Sequence record: DRR723986_1791
Strand: one strand, 5' to 3'
Length of the DNA: 32,387 bases
Under the pieces are notes generated by a model. The model had not been told where the DNA came from and searched no databases. It was given only the letters and a program-made list of their open reading frames with translations. How positions within the stretch are numbered: the first letter of the stretch is position 1; each line of letters opens with the position of its first letter. The translations under genes and the position numbers were made by a program. Shown here in pieces: positions 9,153 through 16,966 of this stretch.

Positions 9153-10670
9153 GTGCGGAAACCCTTTTTTCTACAATCGCTTAGCGGTCTGTTCCTTTTG
9201 GCACTCGTCGCCTGCACGGGCGTCGTTACAGCACAACCGGATTCGTTTCCGGAAGACGACCCGAGCTGGCCCCGGACCGAATTCTCGATCTCGGACGATG
9301 AAGCCGGCACCAAGGGCTTCAATACACAGCCCGCCCGGAAAGAAGACTGGCCTTACTTCGCAGCCCTGCGCGGCACCCGTGATGGCGTGGTCACTTATGA
9401 TTGTGGCGGGACGGCCATCTCATCCAGATGGGTGCTGACCGCTGCGCATTGTGTCGAAGGCGCTGCGAAAAATGCCGCGACTGGAAAATGGGAACGACCG
9501 GGGTCTGGCGCGCTCCAACTGGTACTCGGACCGAAAGACCTGAAGACGGTCACACCAGCCAATGTCTACAATGCAGCGGACGTGCGCATCGCGCCCAATT
9601 TCACGCGCGGCGGGGAAAACAAGGTACCGGTAAATGACATCGCCCTTGTGAAGCTGGACCGGCCATGGACCGGGCCGGTCGTCCGCCTGTCGGCCAGCAG
9701 CGCTTCGGATGTCGACCGCTTCTTCGGGCCGGCCTACTTCGCCGGGTTCGGCAAGACTGACATGCGCCAGGCAGCGCCAGAACGCTATTCATCTGCCGAA
9801 GGCCCGTTCGCTGCGTATACAGATATCCTTGGCAATGCGATGATCCCGACGCGCAGTCCCGAAGCCTGCAGCAATGTCTACCAGGTCGAAGCCTATGACA
9901 GCGCAGGCATGATCTGCGCCGGGTACGACACCGGCATTATCGATTCCTGCCAGGGCGATAGCGGCGGACCTCTGATCGCCCGGGATTTCGCGGGCCGTGT
10001 CTACCAGATAGGCATCGTCAGTTATGGTGAAAGCTGCGGTGTCCGCGGAAAGCCCGCTGTCTACACGCGCATTTCCGGTTTCAAAGACTTCGTCCGGTCC
10101 GTCGTGCCCGACGCGTTCTTCGTGGACGCCAAACCGGAAAAGACGGTCTACATGACCAAAGCCGGGCTGGAGAACCTGATCCGGACACTCAAACCAGCAG
10201 ATGGCAAGGTAAGCGTCCGCATCAATGATGGCGGTTCGAAATTCCGCTCCGGCGAGCGAGTTCGAATCTTCATTGACCCATCGATCAAGGGTCGGCTGTG
10301 GGTGTTCGATCTGGATCCGTCAGGCACGGTAAGTTGCTTGTTCCCATGCAATGCCGGTGAAGTGGAAACGGCGCTGGTAGAACCTCAACAATCCGTTGTC
10401 CTGCCGCCCGGCGGCGTCTCCATCAGTATTTCGCCCCCCACCGTTCCGGGCGACAGCACGCTGGCCGCGTTCGTGCTTCCGGAACGGATGGCCCTCATCG
10501 GCGATACGTTGCCGGACCTCAGCCGGACCAAGGGACCAATCCGGACGGTCTGGCAGTCCTACTCGGATATTCTCGTCTTCGAAGTACGAGATGCCATGTC
10601 GGATGCGCCCTCGTCAGACCCCTTCGCCAATACAGGCATGGGTTTGCTCACTTACAGCGTCAGCGAATGA
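9153..10670 (+). CDS. Secreted (probable lipoprotein) trypsin-like S1 serine protease with C-terminal DUF4384-like domain
   Basis: GTG at 9153 after GGGAGAG preferred over 9099; signal with LVAC lipobox (or SPase I site VTA|Q); triad LTAAHC, NDIALVKL, DSCQGDSGGP; C-terminal FRSGERVRI...LWVFDLDPSGTVSCLFP...VLP matches the DUF4384 pattern. Confidence 0.9.
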   Translation: MRKPFFLQSLSGLFLLALVACTGVVTAQPDSFPEDDPSWPRTEFSISDDEAGTKGFNTQPARKEDWPYFAALRGTRDGVVTYDCGGTAISSRWVLTAAHCVEGAAKNAATGKWERPGSGALQLVLGPKDLKTVTPANVYNAADVRIAPNFTRGGENKVPVNDIALVKLDRPWTGPVVRLSASSASDVDRFFGPAYFAGFGKTDMRQAAPERYSSAEGPFAAYTDILGNAMIPTRSPEACSNVYQVEAYDSAGMICAGYDTGIIDSCQGDSGGPLIARDFAGRVYQIGIVSYGESCGVRGKPAVYTRISGFKDFVRSVVPDAFFVDAKPEKTVYMTKAGLENLIRTLKPADGKVSVRINDGGSKFRSGERVRIFIDPSIKGRLWVFDLDPSGTVSCLFPCNAGEVETALVEPQQSVVLPPGGVSISISPPTVPGDSTLAAFVLPERMALIGDTLPDLSRTKGPIRTVWQSYSDILVFEVRDAMSDAPSSDPFANTGMGLLTYSVSE

Positions 10671-12181
10671 GAGCCGCCATGAAGAATTTCGTCCGCCCAT
10701 TCCTTTTGACCGCCGGGTTTCTGGCTTTGATCAGTGCCTGCCAGACCGCACCGGATGACGCGCCGATCGCAGAACAGCTTGCGTGGACGTCCACACTCGA
10801 TGCCGATGCCCGCGCGTCGGACCGGATCGTCAATGGAGACCGGTCCACGCTGGCGCAGTGGCCTTATATCGCGACCTTGCGGCATGAGACGCGGAGCGGA
10901 CGGCTGCAATATTTCTGTGGGGGCACTTTCATTGCCCGGCGCTGGGTGCTGACTGCAGCACATTGTTTTGAAGGGGAATCCCGCCAGGTCGATGGACGGT
11001 GGGAATGGAAACCGCGGGCCAAACTGGAGATTGTTGGCGGCACAGACGACCTCGGCGCAGGCGATGAGAGCGTGTTTGAAGTCGACGCTGTCATGATCCA
11101 TCCGGACTATAAGCCAACTATGGAAGTCTCACCCGGTGTCTGGGAGGGATCGGAAAACGACCTCGCCCTCGTCCGCATCGGGCGCACCTGGAGCGGACAG
11201 CTGGCGCGGCTTTCATCGGGCGGAGCCTCCGATAGTGACGTGAACGGCGCGCGGGCTTTTGTCGCCGGGTTCGGCAAGCAGGCTGACTCGGGCGCGCAGG
11301 CACGTTTGGAAACGTTCCGCATCGGCGCCAGCGACCGGTCTGGCCAGGCGGGCTCGCGCTACCTCTATCACGCCATGCTGCCCATGAAGCCGCCGGAGGT
11401 GTGTAGCGCGCAATATGCTGACCTTGCATATGACGGTAGCACGCAGATCTGTGCGGGGAGGAAGTTCGGCGGCGTCGACAGCTGTCAGGGTGACAGCGGC
11501 GGCCCACTTGTCGCGCTTGATGCCAGTGAGCGGACCTATCAGGTCGGCATTGTGAGCTACGGGTTTGAATGCGCTGCGGCGAAATCGGAGGGCGTCTACA
11601 CGCGCGTCTCGCCCTACAGGAACTGGATCGAGACCACGGCGCGCGGCGCCATGTTCGTAGACGCCCAGCCGGAGCAGGTCTTCGTTGCGACTGCCGAGAC
11701 CATGGAAGCGATGGCGCGCGTACTGAGCCCGACCAGCAACCGCATCGATTTAAACGTGGCGCAGGAAGGCGAAGGCGCCAACGCGGCACTGAGGATTTCC
11801 GTGACGCCAAAAATCGATGGCCGCCTCATAGTGTTCGAGCTGGAAAATTCCGGCCGGATCAATACCTACTTCCCGAACGACCGCACACCGGAAGAAAGTG
11901 CCATCGTCAAATCCGGTCAGACGATCAATTTGCCTGAAGTGCCGTGGATGGTCATCCCGCCCGCCGAAGAGGGCGCCCGGATCTATGCCTTCGTCATTCC
12001 GGAGGGCGTTGCGTTTGCGGGCGACCTGTTGCCGACGCCAGCGAGGATGCGGACCGTCGCGGAAGAGGAGCAGCCGGAACGTGAGCCTGTCGATTTCGCC
12101 ACGCGTATGCTGACGGAAGTCGCCAACCGGTCGAGCGAAGGCGGACTATCAGATTGGGCTGCGGCGACCGCGACTTATTGA
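10667..12181 (+). CDS. Lipoprotein trypsin-like S1 serine protease with C-terminal DUF4384-like domain (paralog of the upstream gene)
   Basis: ISAC lipobox; R|IVNG activation motif; LTAAHC, NDLALVRI, DSCQGDSGGP; C-terminal GRLIVFELENSGRINTYFPN...INLP. ATGA overlap; alternative start 10679. Confidence 0.9.
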   Translation: MRAAMKNFVRPFLLTAGFLALISACQTAPDDAPIAEQLAWTSTLDADARASDRIVNGDRSTLAQWPYIATLRHETRSGRLQYFCGGTFIARRWVLTAAHCFEGESRQVDGRWEWKPRAKLEIVGGTDDLGAGDESVFEVDAVMIHPDYKPTMEVSPGVWEGSENDLALVRIGRTWSGQLARLSSGGASDSDVNGARAFVAGFGKQADSGAQARLETFRIGASDRSGQAGSRYLYHAMLPMKPPEVCSAQYADLAYDGSTQICAGRKFGGVDSCQGDSGGPLVALDASERTYQVGIVSYGFECAAAKSEGVYTRVSPYRNWIETTARGAMFVDAQPEQVFVATAETMEAMARVLSPTSNRIDLNVAQEGEGANAALRISVTPKIDGRLIVFELENSGRINTYFPNDRTPEESAIVKSGQTINLPEVPWMVIPPAEEGARIYAFVIPEGVAFAGDLLPTPARMRTVAEEEQPEREPVDFATRMLTEVANRSSEGGLSDWAAATATY

Positions 12182-13425
12182 TCGTCCTCATCGACATCCA
12201 GTTCTTCTTCGAGCAGCTCGTCGACACGAACGTCTGCCTGTTCGAGCAGTGTTTCAGCCTCGTCGATCTTGTCTGACGGCAATGGACCACGCCAGTTGAA
12301 CACGTGCTCGATGTCGAACAAGGCGTCTTCGACGTCATCGCGCGCCTCGATCAGGTCGTCTGAACTCGTATACTCGTCGGCAAGCGCGCGACGCAGGTCC
12401 AGCACGGCACGGCGGAGGGTGCGCTCAAGCCCACGCTGCGTCGTTAGCTCACCTGCCCGTTCCTCTTCCTCGTCGCGGCGCGTGCCTTCCTTGTCGATTT
12501 GCTTGCGCAGTTCTTCCTCGGCAGCTGCCTGAACGGCATTGGAGCGCAGCAGCGAACCGACATCGGAGAGTAGCGGATCGCCGCGCTTCAGCTCCAGAAC
12601 ATCCACAAAGAGGTTGAAGATGCCGGAGTCGCGATCGACGCCGGAATAGTCGAGCGGCATCCAGCCCGTTTCAAGAGCGGCCGCGGCGGGGCCAGAGATG
12701 TACTGTCCGCGCTTAAGCTCGGGAAACTTGAAAACACCGCGGGCAAAACCTGACGCATCGTGAAACTCCACTGCGCCTTCAGGTGTGAACTGGACATAGG
12801 TTCGCGGCTCCGGGCGCTCAAAGTCCAGCACGAGGAGGTAGTCGCGGGAATCGTAACGCGCCTGCCGTTCGAATTCATTCGATACGACCTTGAGCAATTC
12901 GGCATTAAAATAACCGGACTGTTCGTCATCGGGCACCAGGCGGATCTCTGCGTAGAAAGATGGCCGGGAGACAAGACCGAGACGGTTCCATTCAGCCAGG
13001 AATTCTGGCGGCGCATTGCCGAATGACGGCCCGGACGGGTCGAAACCTTCCCGGATCACATGAACACAGCCGACTTCCCGGTTGAATTCCATCATGTCCG
13101 GATTGGTGAATAGTTTTCCGCTGACGACGCCGGTGCTGCGGTCAATCTTCGGCGCGCCCATTTGCTGGAGCCAGGCGCCGACGGAATCGAAGGCCAGCAT
13201 GCCGGCCTGCAACGCCAGTTCCTGGCCGAACCCGAGCGTCCGGTCTCCCGGGCCGCGCGTGTCTGGCGGCAGGCAGGAATCGTCCAGCATGATGCGAAGG
13301 TCAGAGCCCATGCCGTCGGAAACCACCGGCGGACGGGTATTGATGCTTCTTGTCAGACACCCCGACAGCGCCGTGCAGGCGCCAATCATTGCCGTGAACG
13401 CCAGAATGCTGCGTCTCTTTCCCAC
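12175..13425 (-). CDS. Hypothetical lipoprotein with acidic helical/coiled-coil C-terminus
   Basis: GTG at 13425 after GAGGAG gives MGKRRSILAFTAMIGACTALSGC (LSGC lipobox); long ORF filling the gap between recognisable genes; no family recognised. Confidence 0.8.
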   Translation of the reverse strand: MGKRRSILAFTAMIGACTALSGCLTRSINTRPPVVSDGMGSDLRIMLDDSCLPPDTRGPGDRTLGFGQELALQAGMLAFDSVGAWLQQMGAPKIDRSTGVVSGKLFTNPDMMEFNREVGCVHVIREGFDPSGPSFGNAPPEFLAEWNRLGLVSRPSFYAEIRLVPDDEQSGYFNAELLKVVSNEFERQARYDSRDYLLVLDFERPEPRTYVQFTPEGAVEFHDASGFARGVFKFPELKRGQYISGPAAAALETGWMPLDYSGVDRDSGIFNLFVDVLELKRGDPLLSDVGSLLRSNAVQAAAEEELRKQIDKEGTRRDEEEERAGELTTQRGLERTLRRAVLDLRRALADEYTSSDDLIEARDDVEDALFDIEHVFNWRGPLPSDKIDEAETLLEQADVRVDELLEEELDVDEDDQ

Positions 13426-13553
13426 GACCGACTCCTCACTCCAGACCGATCGAACCGATGACCGGGTACGCCCGTCTTTCCCCTGAAAATTCAATTCACA
13501 ACAGTTTTAAGGCCACGGCAACAGTAACCGTGTTCTCCACCGCGACATTCCTG

Positions 13554-14213
13554 TCAGGTGCAGCTTTTCTGACGGAAGGATTCAAAGCCTGCCGTGGTGA
13601 ACTTCACCATGTGCTCATAGGCGTCTGTGAGGTCGCTGGAGCGGCACAGGCCATCGGACAGATGGTCAATGCGTCCGGTCTGGGCAAATGTCAGCGTCAG
13701 AGCGCCGGACAGGCAGTGATAAGCCCAGTAGAGGTCGCGATCTTCCATCCCGGGCAAGGCCAGGCGGAAGGCGTCCATGAAACGGTCAACCAGCGGATCA
13801 AAGAACTGCGTCATCAATACGCCGCCCCATTCGGGAGAATTGTTCACATAGGCGATCAGGGCGTAGTAATTTTTCCAGCCCTCTTCCTGGACATGGTCGC
13901 CCATCAGCAGAGGACGCAGATAGGCCCGGATGATCGCCTCTACGGTGGGCGCCTGATCGCTCTGCTGCAGGCATTCGTCCAGTTGATTCAGGCGCAGCTG
14001 GTTCATGATTTCGGCACGGCGGACCAGCACGGCATCGAACAGGTCCCGTTTCGGTCCGAAATAATAGTTGGGCAGCGCGACATCGACACCGGCATGTTTG
14101 GCGATGGCCCGCAGCGTAACGCCGTCATAGCCATGCCTTGCGAACTGTTCCTCTGCCGCATCGAGGATCGCGCTGCGCCGGTCAGGTCGTGCTTTGGTCC
14201 GCGTTCCCGTCAT
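13554..14213 (-). CDS. TetR/AcrR family transcriptional regulator
   Basis: ILDAAEEQFARHGYDGVTLRAIAKHAGVDVALPNYYFGPKRDLF HTH; AGGAG RBS. Confidence 0.96.
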   Translation of the reverse strand: MTGTRTKARPDRRSAILDAAEEQFARHGYDGVTLRAIAKHAGVDVALPNYYFGPKRDLFDAVLVRRAEIMNQLRLNQLDECLQQSDQAPTVEAIIRAYLRPLLMGDHVQEEGWKNYYALIAYVNNSPEWGGVLMTQFFDPLVDRFMDAFRLALPGMEDRDLYWAYHCLSGALTLTFAQTGRIDHLSDGLCRSSDLTDAYEHMVKFTTAGFESFRQKSCT

Positions 14214-14260
14214 ACACAGCTCCTACCCCCCCAGCATCCGCACATCAATCGGTTGGGGAG

Positions 14261-14725
14261 TCAGAGCCACACCAACCTGAATTGTCCCAGCCAGACCACA
14301 CCTATCCCGAACGCCAGAAACGGACCGAAAGGCATCATGCCGTCAGGCCGGCGGCCCACCAGAGTGAGCGCCCCGGCAAAGGCCAGTCCTGAACCACTCG
14401 CAATGAGCACGATCCATGGAAGACCGATCCAGCCGCACCACGCTCCGCCCGCCGCAAGCAGCTTCGCATCCCCGCGGCCGAGACCATCCCGACCGCGCAG
14501 CGCCCGGTAGCCCTTTTCGATCCCCAGAAAGAAAACATAGCCCCCTGCCGCTCCGATCAGCGCGCTCCAGACGTCTCCGGTAAAATACCATGACTGGACG
14601 AGGCCCGCACCGATCAATGGGAGTGTCAGTGGGTCCGGCAAGCGCAACGTACGTATGTCTATCCAGGTGAGCGCCGCCAATGCAGGCAGAAGCACCACGC
14701 CCCAGAGCAACATGTCGGTTGTCAT
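14261..14725 (-). CDS. A24 family prepilin peptidase (GspO/PilD-like, peptidase domain only)
   Basis: Catalytic Asp motifs WIDIRTLRLPD and GLGRGDAKL, C-terminal MPFGPFLA, multiple TM segments; ATG 14725 preferred because the longer ORF start lies in the upstream terminator. Confidence 0.9.
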   Translation of the reverse strand: MTTDMLLWGVVLLPALAALTWIDIRTLRLPDPLTLPLIGAGLVQSWYFTGDVWSALIGAAGGYVFFLGIEKGYRALRGRDGLGRGDAKLLAAGGAWCGWIGLPWIVLIASGSGLAFAGALTLVGRRPDGMMPFGPFLAFGIGVVWLGQFRLVWL

Positions 14726-14782
14726 GAACGCCTGCCCCTTCGCCGCTGCGGCATCGAGCCTGCAGCATAGAAGAATCCCTCC

Positions 14783-14815
14783 GAAACGAAAACGCCCGGG
14801 CACAGGGCCCGGGCG
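14783..14815 (-). terminator. Rho-independent terminator downstream of the CAP-domain gene
   Basis: Perfect 9 bp stem CGCCCGGGC/GCCCGGGCG (14793-14801, 14807-14815), 5 nt loop, followed on the minus strand by TTTTCGTTTC. Confidence 0.8.
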
Positions 14816-14841
14816 CTTCTGGAACAGTCAGAGCCCTGCCG

Positions 14842-15666
14842 TCAGAGCGACGACGAGATCGCCGGACCTCTCAGCGTGTAGATGCTGTTATTGCTTTCCA
14901 CGTCCATCTGGATAAACCCTTCGGAAATCTCAGGCACCGAAGCAGGCATTTTGCTGCCGATGCCGCGCATCAGGGTTTCACCCGTGGCCGAGACCACGGA
15001 CCAGCCCACCGGTTCGAACTGATCATTATAATTCGCAGCCAGATTTGTCCGCGGCGCAGCGACGAGTGGGACTGGTGTGTTGAGCTGTCCATCGACGCGA
15101 GCGAAGAGCTGCACGACGTAGAGCACACCGTTGGCCTCAACAGCAGCGACACCCATGTGGTCGAACTCATCCCGTTCCACGTTTGCTGCATTAGCCTCAT
15201 CCGCCATGATGACCTTCTGGACATCTTCGGGAGAGGCGCCCGCTTTCACGATGACAATGTTCGCGCCGAACGAACCGATCAGAGCGCTGCGCTCCATCAT
15301 GCGGACCCGGTCAAGGTGTGTGCGGCCTTCCAGGTCTTCGTGAGACGCATAACCCCGCACCGCCATATCGTAGGCGTGCAACCGGGCCGCTTCGCTCAGG
15401 GAGCTGAGCATCTGAAGCTCGGACTCGCCCTGACTGGCACGTTGTACGCCCGCCAGACGGAACAGCTGATCCGCCATCACGGCATCAGCCTCGACGCCAC
15501 TGATGTCCTTCAGGCAGGCATTCGCCTCCTGCTGGAATGCCATCGGCGTGATGGCGTACCCATTGGAAAGGTCGCAGGCAGAATCTGTTTCTGCGAAGGA
15601 AGGACCGCTCAGGGCCGCAAAGGCCAGCGCCGAAACGGACAGAATTTTGTAGGCATGATGTAACAT
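14842..15666 (-). CDS. Secreted CAP (SCP-like) domain protein with C-terminal extension
   Basis: Signal peptide (ALAFAALSGPSFA|E); LSEAARLHAYDMAVRGYASHED...R...GANI...FDHMGVA...YVVQLFA CAP pattern. Start 15666 or 15684. Confidence 0.85.
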   Translation of the reverse strand: MLHHAYKILSVSALAFAALSGPSFAETDSACDLSNGYAITPMAFQQEANACLKDISGVEADAVMADQLFRLAGVQRASQGESELQMLSSLSEAARLHAYDMAVRGYASHEDLEGRTHLDRVRMMERSALIGSFGANIVIVKAGASPEDVQKVIMADEANAANVERDEFDHMGVAAVEANGVLYVVQLFARVDGQLNTPVPLVAAPRTNLAANYNDQFEPVGWSVVSATGETLMRGIGSKMPASVPEISEGFIQMDVESNNSIYTLRGPAISSSL

Positions 15667-15703
15667 AACCGTCACATTACGCATTGTGACGGTTATATGT
15701 CAA
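15665..15703 (-). promoter_or_regulatory. Putative sigma70 promoter overlapped by a 12 bp inverted repeat / Pho-box-like element
   Basis: Minus strand TTGACA (15703-15698), 16 nt spacer, CGTAAT (15681-15676); perfect inverted repeat ATAACCGTCACA/TGTGACGGTTAT (15665-15676, 15685-15696) in an AT-rich intergenic region. Confidence 0.55.
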
Positions 15704-15762
15704 TACAATCCAATATAGTGGACTATTTGTGTATTGTAGTAGTTATTACAGAAAACAGGATG

Positions 15763-16230
15763 TCACTCAGGCTGGCAAGCGGTCAATCCTGTAAGCGGTG
15801 TTATGATTTCCCACCCATCTGCATTGTTATAAATCATACGCGCCAAAGGTACGCGGCGCCCGCCTTCGATCTCTTCTCCGGGTGTCAGGGTCAGCATGAC
15901 CGGATTGCCATCCGGCCTGCTGAACGCCATCCGAGTCAGAAATTGTCCAAAAACATCGCCATCCTGCGAATCGACATTCAGCGTTTGCCGACGGGCATCG
16001 ATTATTGCTTCAGCCGTGGGATCCCCCGCCGGATAGAACAGAACGAAATGCCTGGGTTCATCGCGCGTCCACAGGAACAGACCGCACGTGCCGGGCTCCA
16101 GGCTCTGGGCCGGCAATGAGGTCACGGCCGCGTCAGGTGCAGCCGCATGTGTATCCGATACTGGCGCAGTGCCAGACGAGGCACAGGCGCCAAGAAATAC
16201 GAGCCCGGAAAGAAGGAGGGTCTTATTCAC
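15763..16230 (-). CDS. Small hypothetical lipoprotein at the end of the T2SS operon
   Basis: GTG at 16230 overlapping the gspN end; MNKTLLLSGLVFLGAC lipobox; Ala/Pro linker then a domain bracketed by two Cys (TCGLFLW...LTACQPE). Confidence 0.8.
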   Translation of the reverse strand: MNKTLLLSGLVFLGACASSGTAPVSDTHAAAPDAAVTSLPAQSLEPGTCGLFLWTRDEPRHFVLFYPAGDPTAEAIIDARRQTLNVDSQDGDVFGQFLTRMAFSRPDGNPVMLTLTPGEEIEGGRRVPLARMIYNNADGWEIITPLTGLTACQPE

Positions 16231-16966
16231 TGGACGTTTCCCCGATCGACAATTGCTGCATGTAGACAAACCGGCCCGCCTCGTTGGTGAAACCTGCAAG
16301 CAGAAGAGCATTCATCTGATTCTCCGGCACATCCCAAAGCTCCAACCGGCCGTTGCCCTGCAGGGAAGATCTCGCTGAGATGCGAGTTCCATCTGCTGCG
16401 CGGCCCTCGACCGAGACGACAAGATCTCCATCCTCGCAGGACAGCGCTCCATCGAGGTCGGGCCAGTTCGCTCCGTAAACGGCAGAAATTCTGGAAAGCG
16501 CATCGGTGTTTACTTGGCCGCTTGCGGTCCGGCAGCCGTCTGACGTCGCTTCGATCGACACATTTGACAAGCGCAGCGAAACTTCCTGCGCCGGAAACAG
16601 AGAAGAGATGCGCGCCGCATCGAACATGACCATTGCACGTCCTTGCCGGATCAGGATTTGGTCACCCGATAGCGCCGCAAGTGCGGAACCCTGTCCGGAA
16701 GGACCGCTCCAGCGGAGAAGGTGACCCGGTTGCCCCTGGATCATGCGCATGAGACTGAAATCGCCCTGAACCGCGCCCACTGCATCGCCGTGCACAGCGA
16801 GCCCCGTGACCTGACCGTGCCAGACGGTACCGCGTGCTTGCTGCCAGGAAACGCCCTGCTCCACGATACCCGTCCGCTTCAGGACGAAAGACAGAGGCGC
16901 GCTGGCGATCAAGGTAAAGACAAAAACACCGGCGAATACGATGAGAAGCAACGATGTCCGCATCAC
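16223..16966 (-). CDS. gspN: Type II secretion system protein N
   Basis: N-terminal TM, APLSF, ARGTVWHG motif, LDGALSCEDGDL; position after gspM. Confidence 0.9.
   Translation of the reverse strand: MMRTSLLLIVFAGVFVFTLIASAPLSFVLKRTGIVEQGVSWQQARGTVWHGQVTGLAVHGDAVGAVQGDFSLMRMIQGQPGHLLRWSGPSGQGSALAALSGDQILIRQGRAMVMFDAARISSLFPAQEVSLRLSNVSIEATSDGCRTASGQVNTDALSRISAVYGANWPDLDGALSCEDGDLVVSVEGRAADGTRISARSSLQGNGRLELWDVPENQMNALLLAGFTNEAGRFVYMQQLSIGETSSE

Noticed and set aside
9076-13553. Protease/lipoprotein block as a mobile island
   Set aside because: No integrase, transposase, tRNA or flanking direct repeats seen; accessory status needs comparative genomics.
13458-14510. 350 aa plus-strand ORF
   Set aside because: Antisense to the clear TetR and prepilin peptidase genes; no recognisable domain.
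14726-14803. Longer start for the prepilin peptidase that might supply the missing Cys domain
   Set aside because: Only 26 extra codons, starting within the terminator loop, with no CxxC pairs.
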